From Bugula neritina (taxonomy: Eukaryota; Animalia; Bryozoa), in the NCBI GenBank assembly GCA_964035545.1, contig OZ037766.1, forward strand, positions 8,050,722 through 8,114,721: a stretch of 64,000 bases of DNA. Reading direction: 5' to 3'. Made by a program: the position numbers and the translations under genes. The notes below the pieces were generated by a model. That model was not told the origin of the DNA. It saw only the letters and a list, made by a program, of their open reading frames with translations, and ran no database searches. Within the stretch, counting starts at the first letter, position 1. Each line of letters begins with the position of its first letter. Shown here in pieces: positions 33,931-54,413 of the stretch.

Positions 33931-35720
33931 ATCTTCCTTTGATGGGACAACTCTATGATTCTAAATGAAAAATTACTTTGACTCTAAATTTGCTTATACC
34001 CATGCATAGGCAAATTGACCTGCACAATGTATGTGTGTATTTTGGTAAAGCTGAACAAACATTTTAACTGTTTTGAAACCAGAACTAGATTTCATAGCCT
34101 AAAAGGGCTTCCTTGGAAAGAAAAAATAATAAATCAATTCAGAGTTAATAATAATTATAGTTGTGCAATATTTATCCTTTAATGTGCACATGTGTGTATA
34201 TACCTAATATTGTCAGGTTCCTAAATTATACAATTTATATTTTAAATGCATGAAAGAGGTATATAGTATTTGTGAATGACTTAGTATAGCCCACATTTTT
34301 GTTTACTGCTTTATTATATGGTGTCTTTTTATGTTTTCTAGTCGATAGGATAGTTTATTATGTCTCATATAGTAGAACTTTTTGACAAATTAACAATTGT
34401 AATTGAGGTGCTGCTTTATAGCTATATTAAGTTTTATAAATCTTTTGCAACAGCCTTTGGCCATAAAATCAGAACAGTGAAAACTTTGACAGTTGAAAAT
34501 TTGAGTTTTTGCTGTCTGCTATACTGTCTTAATTTGAATAAAATTATAGGTACTTATTTATAAACAATTATATATAATTTATTGTTAAGTGTAGTATAAC
34601 AGAATATGATCATTAACCAGATCAGTTGATTGACTTCATTTAAAATAAATTGCCTAAAACTTGGTGCTAATTTGAGAAGTGAAGTTCAAGTTAACCTAAC
34701 AGTGTTCCATAAGGTCTCTGTTTACATATAAAAAGGTTGTTGGGTATCAAATAATATACTTCGAACTATTTCAAAGCAAAAAAAAAGGTGCAGGTTATTT
34801 CCAACTTATTTCAGTAACACTGACAAGTTCTGATTTAATCGTAGTTTTAAAAAATTCCACCTTTTACTTACCAAATAAACCAAGTGTATATTGCAAAACT
34901 AGTAAGCCCATTATAGTTACTAATTAAGAAACACTAGTTTATTGCTATATGAATGGTAAAAACTTAGCAGGGCAGTTGTAAGAACTTAGCTAATGCTATC
35001 ACTTAATATCCTTTACCACAAACCTAAAATAGTAGATACACTGATTACTACGAAAATACATACATTTTGTGTGTATAACATAGCATATATAGTATTAGAT
35101 ATGTAAAATGCAACCAATTAATGTATAAATAAGGTCACAACTATTATTTATCTGTGGCAGACTAACATCGCTATGATATAATAACTTCAAAATCTCTATT
35201 GTCTGTACATAATCAACACATTAAGGTCTAGAAAATAAAAAAATTCACTGTGAGTCAAGGGTTGTGAAATGTGAATGATATTAGACAGTGTGCTAGTGTT
35301 GATTAGAAACAAAGAAATGCTACAAAACACTTTAACAGCCATATAACCTGCTAACCACACTAGCAAATCTAAAGGTAATAAAAGGAAATGGAAAATCTAG
35401 TATACAGTAATTATAGCAAAAAGTAATCACAATACTTTGATTCTTAATTTGGAATAAACCTCTTTGAATGTATTTATGGACTAGGCTGATATAAAAAAAG
35501 GTTTAAACAACACCATGTACAAAAACCAAAACCGCAAAAAAGAAGGATGGCTAATGTAAGTTATATGACTTTATGCTGTTCAGATCAAACTAATTGCTAG
35601 CTGGTAGGCTATAAAAACCTAATCAGTCAACGGATTATAGATATGGATAAGTATTATATTGTTTTAAGATATAATTTGGATAAGCTAAGCGGTAATAGCA
35701 TCTTCACATTATTGCCATGA

Positions 35721-38700
35721 TCACTCTTCTTCTTTCTTGATAACTATCTTGTCCACGTTCAGTCTCGGGTCCAGACCAGTAACAGCAAGTATAGCATCCA
35801 GAAGCAACTGCAAGCAATACAACATATTTACTTGATCTGTAATCTTTAAGGCACAGCAGAAGATGAACTTTAAAATTTGACCGGGCCAGTTCTCATTTAT
35901 ATCGCCAATATATAACACAGGACTGAAATAACATTACAGGGGTAGCATCTAAGACTGAAGCATTGCCAAAATTACGACATCAAGCCAGAATAGTTCGATA
36001 AAATACTACGAGTGGCTATGATCTGATGGTAACAACCGACCGATTGGAAATAGCACAGATAAGGTTTAAAATGGTTCAACCCCATCACTACTTCTAGTAA
36101 AGACATCAGACCACACACAGATGTTGCTGTCCACCTTAGATGGCTGTCTATATGTAAACTTTACAGTTCAATGAAGATGGTTACCTGGTCATCAACAGAG
36201 GCGTTAGTGTTAACTGTCATGCGAGGGTTCTTCAACTTAGTATCTCGTTCTAAAAGGCGCTTTTCACTTCTGTCTTGTGTAGGCAGGAATATAGATAAAT
36301 CCACCATACCATTCTCAGCCACGCCTGCTGACTCATTGCTGAAATACGGCAGAGGCAGCTCTCCCACACCAGGCGGATACTGTGGTTGCTGTGAATATTC
36401 AGCTTGTGACTACAAAATCACACGGGTAGACCAGAGAGTGAAAATAATGGGCATGCACACAATAAAATACTTAGTTAGATGCCATGTTAAATTAGTTTTA
36501 AAAAACTAAAATTTGTTCACAAAAACCTCATAAATAATAAAGATCAAATGCCTATTTGTTATGCCTTGAGCCACAATCTTAGTGTAACTGAGTGTGCCGG
36601 TAAGTTGACCATTAAAACAACACTGAGTTTAAGAGAAATCGATTCTTGTGCTTCACTATTTTAGATAACATTATACGCGTTCAGCCGACTCAAGAAAATT
36701 ATTGATTATCAAATTAATATCAAATCACAAGAGAAATAACTCTTATAAATTATTTACTTTCTTGTAATAAGCTAATTATTCTATCCCACGTTTATCCTTA
36801 AATTGATACTAAGATGGACAACTACTTCTATAACAAAATGCTTATAAAATTTAGCAGGAGTCTCAAGAAATTTTTTTTAGACATCTAGAAGAAGTTGAAC
36901 CCACCCAGCACCAACTTGCTGGTTATATGTCAATTTTTCAGGTGATAACATGTAGCTAATGGTGTGACCAATTAGTACTGTGTTCACTATTGAATTGCTG
37001 CCAAAATGTTACAGAAAAGAACTATTTCTATGCTTTAATAATGTTTTATGGGTTCATTCCATACTATACAAGGAATCATTTGGTCTATCTAATCAGGTAC
37101 ATTCAGTTGTGCTCCGCAAGCTACAAAAGCATAAAACTAAGAGCATAAAGTGATATATTCTATTAAAATATTGTTTATGCTATCTAAAGCATTTAAACTG
37201 GTGTAGTTTCAAACTTAAAAACTGCTCATACAACTAATAGCATAATTATGTATCCATGTTGAAACCATTCATTCCAGTGTCCATGTTCATACCTTAAAAA
37301 GTCAAGTAAAAAGTAAACCTGTTGCACCATCTACCTGCTGTGTTTTAATATCATCATAGCTCTCATATTCATTGGGGTAATCATTGGGCGGTGGAGGAAC
37401 AAGGCCACCATTCTCTCGCCTGTCAATGGTCATAGCGTGGTTTGTGAGCTGACCAGTCTGAGCGTCATAGCCGCTCTCTGCCAACAGATCGTCTTCACTC
37501 GCATATCTGGGACCAAGACCACCAGCTGGAACCAACCTAGACCCCTCAGCCTCCCTGGAGAGTGTTGAGTCGTTTAAGTAATCACCATATATTGGGTTTC
37601 CATGTTCATCATAACCCGTTATAATTTGCTCACTTCTGTTGCCCTACATTCAAAATAGAATACTCATATAGAATAACACTATTAATCAAATAATCAATAT
37701 CAAGATTAGAATAGTGTTAGAATTGTTCCAGTCAATAGATATGCATGCAACAGTATCTAAGACCTACGAGTCAACTAATCATGGCTTCTGTATCTTTAGT
37801 ACACAAAACAATTGATCAAGGAAGATATTTTAGAACATATTTTAGAAGCATATTATAAAGTTATATGTGTATAATTGAAATGAGTCGAACACTTTTTATC
37901 AAACTTATTGTATGCCCAAGTGTACTAGTTCAGTTTATATACAGTAGCAATCTAACAGTAACCTCAATTACAAATACGTGATCACAGAGACCTACTTTCA
38001 GAAAGGAGATAGATAATGGCTCCATTAAATTTTATAAAATGCTATTATAGCAACAGGTTTCTATTATTAGCCGATGTCTCATATTCTTGCAGCTGTACAT
38101 AATGGGGCTATAAGAGCAAGACGGACCAAAGAGTAGCTAGCTATGCACACACCACCAGGCCCCACTGTGTGGTATAGTACAGAATGAACTTACAGCGTAG
38201 GGGCCATATGGGCTGAGCCTCTCACGGTCTCTCTGCATGGAGCTGCCGTGTAGTGGTAGAGTACCTCCTGGGCCAAGATGGCTGCCCAGGTATGTGTCTT
38301 GTGACATGTAACTTTCCGATCTGCTGAAGTCGCCTTTTTTTGGAGTACCTGAAGTGCAGTGTGAATATTTATATAAGAACTTGATGACACAATCATTGGA
38401 AGACATTCAAATTTTTATTATATGTGTAATACCATACTCAAGTTCTTCACCAGATACCTGAGTAGACCAGCTTATTTAAATTAATAAAAATATTGCATGT
38501 TGTATTAAATGAGTTAGATAATTTTCACTATTGCTAGTAGCTGGTTGCATTGGTGTTGATATACTAGATAACGAAATATGCAGGTAATATATGATTGACA
38601 GAAGACTTTACCTGCATGTTTGAGTTGCGCCGCAGTCCGGCCAGACATTCTCCATCTTCTGGAGCCGAAAGTACCAAAGGTACTGCTATCCACCGGCTCA

Positions 38701-41700
38701 GGCTGGTTTAGCCTGAAGAACTGATGGTGCTCCACAGCAGTCCTCAACAGCCTTTTTGCTTCCTTACGGGTAGGCAGCTTAAACCCTAACACTTTCTCAT
38801 TTTTCTCATACTGTAATACCATAGGAAGCTGCATGAATAACTGATCAACATAAAGTATATTACTATATTAACACCTGGTAGAGCAGCTTGCTAAATAGCT
38901 TAAGCATGTGCGGCTATAGATGATGGAGTTGTGTGTGTTTCCAATTCTCAAAGAAGCTAATTCCAGAAGAATTACAGCAGTGAAGGGGTAACATGTGGTT
39001 AATTAGGTTCATTGCAGTGAAACATTTTTAGTGAGGCAACCTAGATGTAAGACTAATATTGAGCTGCGAAACTAGTTGGACTTGACATTGCCAGCAAATA
39101 GGCTTTGCAACTAAATAGATTGCATTATAACACAGAATTATTCAATGTAGTCACAGACAGTTGGGTACAAGAGTGTGTATATGTACATTTTATAATCTGA
39201 CATTAAAAACCTTGAGTACTATTACTCAGTATTTACTTAGCTAAAAATGATCTTTACTTCAACAAGACAAGAATCCAAATTGAAGGTGAATATTTACCTC
39301 ACCAGGTCGAACTTTAATGAGAAAGCTTTCAGCTTTGTAGGACATCTTCAACATACGATGCCATTTGAATGTCTCCAGCCTGAGTCTGCCATCATAAAGG
39401 TACAGGCCACTAGCTGCCACGCCCACCATCAGCTTGTAGCCTTTGGAGTCCTTCACCTCCGTCATATCCATTCCATAGAGTGCCATTCTTTTAGCTGTCT
39501 GGAGGAAATACAGGTCTGCTTCCTCGGGAGTCATCCCCCTGTTAGGACATTTACACATAAACATAGCTACCAGAATACAGAAGTTAGGGTCTAAACATGT
39601 ACCTTAGCTTAGGAATTGACTTACTGCATAATTAAACAAAGTAAATCTCTCAGCCAGACTGCATTTTATCCTAACTATTCAGCTGTGGCACAGCCGAAGC
39701 ACACCAATAAAAAAAGTAAAACTCCACTTTGGAAGTAAACTGCACAGCTCTGAATCAAGAAAGTAACAAAGCAAATGTATAGGGATTTTAGCCTAGCTAC
39801 ACAGCTGTAGCTGCTTTATGTATTATATATTTATCCATGAACACTGGTGTGAATCACATTCAATAAACTCATGCATTTGTCCATACAGTGAGAATGGGTA
39901 GACTGCACACCTAAACAACAAATTTAACTTAGATGAGCCATGAATAGCCCTATGTGGGTCACGAATGCTGTATCGCACTGTTTACTTCCATTGGATGCTT
40001 GTGGTTAGAGGTCAAATATCGCTCATTAATTTACCATAATAAAATGGTTTGGACTATTCACTAGGGCATTCAGCAGTTAACACCAGTACAAGTGCCAGCT
40101 AGTACAGTAGTAGCCCGGTCTCTGGCAGCCAGAAACATTCTTTTGATGTGGGCAGCCATCATTTATGCTGCTAATTGCGTTAAATATTAGGGAGGGAAGA
40201 TATACAAGTGCACACAAGATCAAATGCCAATCATGAAGAGAACTGGTAGCCCTAGAAACTATCACATTGAAGTCTCCCAGGCAATAAACACTGGTGCATT
40301 GCCTGTAATATCCGACTCCACAGAGATAAGAAGTGAGGTTAGCTATAATGACATGTGCATTCATAATAAGGCAGAAAAATGCCTTGTTAACGCAAGGTAA
40401 CAAAGCAACATAAATATAAATGCAAAGGTTTTTTAGGCATGATTAACTCCTGCCATAAACTTGCATTAATACAGTCTTTGCCAATGATTACTGGTGCACA
40501 ACACATGTTGATAAAAATAAAGAGTTACAACAGAGAGAAAAGAACTAACCTGTGAGCCCTGTGCAAGTCAGCAATTCTGAAAAGCAGCTCATCACTGGTG
40601 TATGGTGCAAAGCTGTAAGGTCTGAGATAGTCTATGCCATAGTGCAGGTTTTTATCATGATCCCCGAGTTCACTCTGCACAGTGTATGAACCTAGTATAG
40701 CTAAAGTATGAAAGGAGGCGGGGAGACGGTCAGTCCACAGGTCTTTTCTTATTTGTAGAACTATGAAATACCTGCAAAGAGAACCACAATGCAATGTATT
40801 AAATGAACTCATTAGAAGTTTGTATTCATACAGAAAATATTCAATTGTGGAAACTGAACTCTAAACAATATTGGAGTCAGTAGCCAGAAAGTAATTTATG
40901 CCATAGTTAAGAAGCATGACCACGCCTACATTGCACTTTTCACAAGTTAAAACACTTTTGCTGAATAGAGATTCTGTTGATGTGTGGTCAAGACAGTAGC
41001 TTCAGGTTCCGGCTATAAAGGACTAATGTTGGTTAGCATAGAATTTGATGTAGCATATAGGTTTGACTTTTGCAAGGATTTAAGGAATGAAGAGAGGAAG
41101 GGAAATAGCTCATTACAAAGATATTTATTGGATTTGCAGCAGTAACATTTTACAACACAATTATGAAACAAGTTACCAGTAAAACAGCCTTTGAACTCAG
41201 TTAAAAGAGATAAAAATGGCCATTGATACTTATTGTTAGTACAAAAACAAGTTTATTATTTGTGTTCAACGGCCTGTGAAGCGTAAACAATATGACATAC
41301 ACATGGCATTTAAAATCACCAATAGATGAATATACATAGCAGTTAGTCTATCACTACATATACCAGTGAAAATATTGGATTTAGAAACACTGCATAGAAA
41401 CACAGCAAAAAGATTCTAAATAGTAGGATACGCTGAAGAGCATTGCTATTGAAGCTGATTATATGGTCAATAAACCTTGTCTGCGGCATCAGTAACTGGT
41501 AGAAGGGAATGTATACAATGCATGTCTGGGATAAAAGCACAAGTACATGTATGCAGCAATGAATTAACAGGGCAGAGTGTAGGTGATAGACATGTAACTC
41601 ATTATACAAGCACCTGGCTGACACATTCATGATTAAAACATCGGAAGATTACCTTGTCAAATCTTCATTTAGATTCTCTGGCACCGGAGGATAGAATTTT

Positions 41701-43799
41701 AATTCAAACGAAAACTCAAATGGTTGTTCTAAAACAGAAAGCAGAGGCATGCAGAAATAAGGCAAATACATTGTATATGGTGAAAAAAGCCTGTTTTCTC
41801 AAGCATAAGCAGTCTGAAAAACATTCAGGGGTAGGCTGGTTAGGGACATTATCACGTAGCTGATGGCTGACTTTTAGACAAGTCTTGTAGGTTAGGTGTT
41901 CTCTGTATAGCAGAGCAATGTATTGTAAGTTTATCCAGACTGACTGCTAACTCCTCAGGAGTGTAAATATTTATTTACATGATTCGCAACAGTAAAAATA
42001 TTACTTACGATGTCCTTCCATCTGTTTGTCTATCCTCTTCTCCATATCTATCCATCGCTAAAAAGAAGCAAGAAAAAGTTGTTAGCCAACTAAACGAATT
42101 CTTTTGCTGTCAAGTCACATTTAGGTGATGAGATTCTTGTTTGGACTGGGTTTGTACCTTCTTGGTCAAAACACAATTGCTTTATTTTTTAAACAGGCAA
42201 CTTTTCATGAATATTCAGGGAAAAACTGCAACAACATTATTCTACTGCGATCATGAGGGTATTTTACGGCTTAAACAAGCGCCCTTGAAATAATAATTTC
42301 AAAATGTAAAGAACAGTTTGGTTAGTGACATACTTAGATAAGAATTTAAACACAACTAGAACATACACTTTACATAGTAGGACTAGTAGTACAGTATTGT
42401 GCAGGCATTAGCGTCACGAGGCATTTATTTGCACAAAGTATATCAGTGACTTTACTCCGCACTAAACTAGCTGGTCTCTGATGAGCCATGTTGAAACTAT
42501 TCCAAGTAAATTTTTGTATTGCTATTTGCACAGCCCTGCATTACAATGCATTGAGTAACTTTATATGCAAGTTTGACATTTTAACTAGTCATAAATAGGT
42601 GAAAGATTACACTATTTAGCATAGATACAATAAGGGCACTGTGTATACCCTGTGCATGACATATTGCACTCACTACTATATCTGTTACATATAACCATAA
42701 AACATTATCTGCTAGTAGGTCACTGGCAAGCTTGAGTCGTTGGCAAAGCAAATAACCTTTAAATTATAGCCTGTAATCATAGACTATGGCTTCATAGTAT
42801 GACTATTATGTAACAAGGCTATTTCACTAGTTTGTGATAAAGACTGACCCTGTGCTGGGATTTAGGCTCTTTGTAAGATATACTAAAATAATCTGCCTCT
42901 TCACTTAGCTGCAACTTTTCCTTGACACTCTCAAACAGGTCTTTGCCCAGAGCTGTTTTCTGAAATTATTTCGATATGTTTACACAATATAGTTCGTGCC
43001 ATCAGACACAAGATAGTAAATATCATGTACATGATTAATAGGAAATTATCTTGCATCTGTATGTTACAGATACCATTATAATATGTGTACTTAGCAGATA
43101 TTATGATGAATAATCAGGGTTATGATTCCAGCAATATAAGATAGTGGGCGACTCACTGATAGAAAATGAAGTCAATGATGTGTAAAGTGGCCTAATCATT
43201 GATTAACTAAAACTAACAACCATTTTAGTGTAGATAAACTCTAAATTTCCCAGTACATGTATGTGTAGGTATTACATTTACACCAATGTACACCGTGGTA
43301 AAATTTTGTTCAACATTTAAGTTTAGAAACAACACAAACATACCGAATATAAAAATTAAAAATGGTGTTGACAGAACTTAAAACATATTTTCTGAGTAGT
43401 GAGATTACTACCACATAATGATGTACAATAGAATTCACTTTTAACAGTACAATTGTGTTAAAAGGAACAATAATTTCCAAGAATCAGAGCACTGTAACTA
43501 AAAAGCCATAATGAGAACAGACTGGGATGTTCATAGCAAACCTTACGCAACTTCCATTATGTTTCAGTGGAGTGGCTATTTTATTCCCCTTTAAACCGAA
43601 ATTATTCACAATACTGATTGTTTTTTGTGAATATTCAGAAAGTCAAAAACTTAAATATTAGTAAACAGGTAAAAATGCAGACACCCTGAGCAGACGTTAA
43701 CAGCAATGTAGAAGTATTTATAATTCACATGCATGTACTTACTGCAACTTCTGCATTGTGTTTTTCATCATCCAACAAATTCACCACACATTTCACCAT
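35721..43799 (-). CDS. Band 4.1 / Coracle-like FERM domain protein, ~576 aa
   Basis: Exons 43743-43799, 42849-42959, 42009-42057, 41653-41728, 40550-40771, 39298-39538, 38612-38810, 38194-38348, 37335-37643, 36185-36409, 35721-35807. In-frame TAA 21 nt before the ATG. FERM motifs LKFYPP..EDLTRYF, LGSYTVQSELGD, HRGMTPEEAD, LYGMD, AVEHHQFFRL; FERM-adjacent GSRRWRMSGRT; 4.1-CTD-like end DDQLLLDAILAVTGLDPRLNVDKIVIKKEEE*. Confidence 0.9.
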
Positions 43800-45889
43800 A
43801 TTGCTTAGTGTATTTTTTTACTGGTGTAACGCATTCAAAGCTGCCTAGCAATGTAGATGGGAGTAGGTCTACACAAAGTCGTATCACCTGCCATAATCAA
43901 GAATAAAAATTACACAACCACTCACTTAGCAGCCCTTACAATCGCAATATATGTAGAGCGCATATTAGGAGCTACCATAATGCCAGCCAGTGTCAAAACT
44001 CACAACCTGCCAAAATGTGTCAAACAAATGATATTACAACCAGCTGAGACATATTCCACCATGTAGCAGTTGTCAGGTTATAACATAAGCATAAGTTGGA
44101 TACACCGACTTGCAATGGGTCGAATACAAAATTTACAGCAGTTATTAGAGAGAAATTAAAAAACACGATATGACCAATTCATATTAGTTTTAATTTCACA
44201 TCTCTTACAGCAAAGAGAGTATCAACTACAAAGGCTTAATAACATTTAGAGAACGTGCTAACAAACTAGAGTAGACAAAATAGTGATTTGCTCAGTTTAC
44301 CAACATTTAATAAGGTCAATCAAACCACAGACATCACAGATTATGGCTAGTATAAATTCCTCATAAGGAATGAAGCTAACCAATAATAAATTTTGATGAG
44401 AAAAAAGTATCCTCAAAAACAATCACACAAATTACACTTGTCATTATGATTACTCTTACAAAGACTCAGTATACGAAGTTATTTTAACTATGGTTATAAT
44501 TGAAATTATGATTATCATTTTTAATACCGACTGTGTACAGCTCAGTCTTCCCAGAAAACCACCAATTGATTTATATCACATAATGCTTAGTTCCTTATAT
44601 TCCTACAGCAAAGTAAGGATAATACAAAAAACATTCCTTCAGTAAAAGGCTCTAGATACACCTATGCCTATACTTCAACCTGTGCCATGGCCCCATAATG
44701 GCAGCCAGCTGAATATGGGTCGCTTATATTGCTACGAACTTTCAAGTTCCCCACCCCTTAATAATACAACGACTATTATCATTAGTTGTGTTCAGTAAAT
44801 TGAAAGGGATTTCTTTTTTGTCCTGGTTAGTATCCTTTCCTTCCAACATCCGATACTTTCAAGGATACTGAGCCTTCTGGTTACTGCATTATAAGACGAC
44901 AACCAGCTACTTTGTAGCTCAGGTCTCTTATGCTGCCATTACAATAACGTCAAACCACCTGAGTCACACATACTTTTCTTTTGACAGATCACTTGCTACT
45001 TGCAAAACTTGATCCTGATGTGACATAGAATGAAACATCAATGATGGCCCTTCTCCTATTAGAGCTACAAGTCTTCGGCTGCTCATATTATAACCAGTCT
45101 AATTCTGCCTGAGCATGTTCAACTCTCATCATTGATTAAACAATGCAACAAAAAGTGATGGGCTGTTCACTTTTCAATCGCTAAATCGCTTATCGAATCT
45201 TTGCTGCTCAGATGATGTCATGACAGTTTCTCTAAGCAACCTGCCTTTCGGGCTTTAATATTGTATACATAATGTCTTATTTTTAATTCAATAAAAGACT
45301 ATTTCTTTTACTGGTAAACACTTACATACACGTACATAACAACACTATCATTAAAATAGTCAAATTGCTAATATATAGTTAATATTGTTTCATACTTTTA
45401 CAAAAATATTTGATCAAAAATGTTATGAGTTACAATTCAAACAGTTTTAAATTACAAAATTAATTAACAAAAATTACAGTTTCATAACTATAATTACTTT
45501 GCTTTATGTTTAACTTGAACTTCAACTCAGTTGCAGATTGAGATATAGCCATATGAATTTAAAATATTCAAAGTAATTTTCTACTACATAATGACAAAAA
45601 GAAAGTCAATTTTACTCCAAAAACTATAATTAATAAAACTTCAATTCAAAAAAAAGTATTACCTACATATTTATTAATATTTTACAGCTGTTATAAAAAC
45701 TAACATATTTATATTAGTAACGGTGAAATTGTCATTATAAATACAACAATTACAATAATTAGTATAAAAACCACAATAAAATCCAATTATCATCATTATG
45801 ATATGAACTTAGCCCATCAATATTAGCTATTAGGTGTTGACAGAATATTTTGTTCAACTTGGCATTGTGAGATGAGTTGAATATTATAC

Positions 45890-46690
45890 AATAATTACAA
45901 TAACACTAATCATTAGTATTCCAGGTTTTACTTTTAACTGTAGCACAATTTGAATTACTATTACTATTAGTATTACTGTATTAGTATTAGTTAAAATGTA
46001 ATAAAATTAAAGTACATATGATAAGACTAAAATTAAACATTTTAATTTACTATGAATTAAAATGTTTAACCTTGGGTTTTTGTACTTATACTTAAAGTTA
46101 ACTGGTTAAGTTGAATAAAAATCAATCATTCAAAATCAACGAGTGGTGAGTGAGTGTTCTTTTATTTTTAAGTTCAACCAAGTAACAGTAACACCAACTA
46201 CATTACTTATACTTACAGAATATTATTATTAATATTATTACAAAATATAGTATTACTATTAGTATTACTATTAGTATTAGTGTAAAAGTTAAGTATAGCT
46301 CAACACTACAAGTACAACATGATAATCATAATGATTATTGATTATCAACACCAACATGAAGCTGAACAACTGTTACTGTTAGTGTTAGTGCTACTGTTAC
46401 TGTTAGTATTACTATCAGTATCAGTATCATTCAGTATCAGTATGACTCACTTCACCATAACTTAAGTAACACTTACAGTTTGAGTTGCACTTACAGTTAC
46501 TCAGTTACTGTTAGACCTGTTGGCTGTTAGTGTTACTGTAACTGTTACTGTTAATAACTGTAAGACTAAGAGTAAGAGTAAGTGTGTTACACTTACTGTT
46601 ATTGTTAATGTTAGTGTTACACTTACACTTACAGTTACTGTTACACTTACTATGACTTGCAGTTACAGTTACTGTTACAACTGACAGACT
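45890..46690. repeat. Period-6 tract (SWSWWW) in the presumed 5' intron of the FERM gene
   Basis: ctgttagtgttagtgctactgttactgtta, cagtatcagtat, cacttacagttactgttacacttac, gactaagagtaagagtaa. Confidence 0.9.
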
Positions 46691-46719
46691 TAAATTTATT
46701 TTAAACAACTTAACGATAA

Positions 46720-46925
46720 GCTTTAATTAGTGCTTCAATGAAGCGACATTGGTGATTACTGATTAGTATTAGATAAGCATAACCAACTCACGTAAAGTAG
46801 TCATATCCTTGCGAAAAATCAAACGGAAATGGGAAGTCAATAATACTTTACGCAAACTATTTTAAAATGAAGCAACTCCTAGCTGCTAGCATGTCATATT
46901 CACAACTCATTTTCGGCGCAAGTCA
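46720..46925 (-). promoter_or_regulatory. Putative promoter patch of the FERM gene
   Basis: CpG cluster (aagcgac, cacgta, gcgaaaaatcaaacgg, ttcggcgc) next to the tract. Confidence 0.4.
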
Positions 46926-48164
46926 AGTAAATGAACTTTATTTAATTATTATTCTCAAGAAAATGCATTTGATAATTTTTTACATATATGTATAATATAT
47001 AATTTATATATTTATTTTGATCAAGCAACAAGCTACTATTAAATCTCAAACTATAATATGAATACCACGCTAATGAAATATTAATGCGCAAACTGTTTTT
47101 ATCTCGTAGAGTTACCTTTCTTTTAAACCAAAATGTGAATTAGGAATAAGCGCCTTCAAATGATATTCTAAAATAAACAACGCTAACTTACTGAACTAAT
47201 GATATACACGCAGCAGACCTCACTATGTCACAAGATTCAAAACTCTGTGCTGTTCTGCGTAATTTACTATGTTTCACCAATACAAAAAAGGTTAAAGTTT
47301 GGAGCAGATGGTTGGGGCTACCCTAAAAAATTACCACCAATTTTAGTCCCTAATGTGCCATTAGGCTCCAAGTTTCTTGCACAGCAAGTTTTTAAATCTG
47401 TCATCATATCCCAGGGTGTAGTTTAAATCCTTTTAGGACAATATGAACTAGAACAAGTTCAAGGACTATTGTCAATTTTAAATATGAAATATAAATACTG
47501 TGGTAAATTGTGTGTTGGGTCTGTTCAAACAAAAATTAGGTGATTATTGGAGGTTTCACTGAGAGAATGATTTAATTAATATTATATGGATACTCATCAG
47601 TTGAAAATAATATCTTGTATTAAAGTTTACAATTTTACAAGTAACATATGAGCAGAAGACAGGTGGAGCCCTAAAAATGAAACAGTGTAGTCAGATAAAC
47701 TGGTAATTTTTTAAGCTATTAAAGTAAATAGTGACAGTAGCTATATTCTATAATAACTTATTTAAATGCATGTTTTGGATTTTGAAATGTCACATAGCTT
47801 CACCACTCCTTGCATGCCAAACTATTCACCATAATGATATAATCACTGCTCCTATAGGCGCTATTGAATGCAATAGGGTAATATGCTGGAGCCAGGAAAA
47901 ATGGTAGCATGGCTTACCCCTGCATTTCCCCAGCTTTGACTACTGGTGCTTTCCAAAATAAAAAAATATTTGGTAAAAAAATAAAACTTAGTAATTACTT
48001 GGTCCTAAACCATTATCAAGTAGAAGCAACAACATCATCACTCCTTATTCTGATTCAGATGCAAGAAAGGAACTTATAAAATCAACGTAATATTTTTTGG
48101 GTGGTTTGCTAGTGAGGTTTACATACTTTGGTCTTTATTATCTGTAACAAAAAGTAGGTAACCA

Positions 48165-48250
48165 ACCAGTCGACATTGACGAGCTAACACGACGGTAAAA
48201 AGGTCGCGATTTTAGACAAACCGGTTGCCAACAAAGCGGATTTTCGGCTT
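48165..48250 (+). promoter_or_regulatory. Putative PAPSS promoter patch
   Basis: Dense CpG cluster gtcgacattgacgagctaacacgacggtaaaaaggTCGCGAtttt...ccgg...gcgg..tcgg about 100-180 nt before the ATG. Confidence 0.55.
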
Positions 48251-48342
48251 AATTTTTTTTCTTCCTTTATTCACTTGGTAAAAAAGTTGAACTCAATTGA
48301 ATACATTTCAAGTTACAAAACTAAGCTGAAAGTAAAAATCCA

Positions 48343-54413
<6,071 letters not shown>

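Noticed and set aside
44560-45300. Less AT-rich segment with an inverted repeat (agtatcctt..aaggatact) and AATAAA; possible solo LTR or nested exon
   Set aside because: No clear termini, TSD or reading frame.
46511-46708. Thr/Val/Asn/Ser alternating ORF (also 48699-48917)
   Set aside because: Translation of the periodic tracts, not credible proteins.
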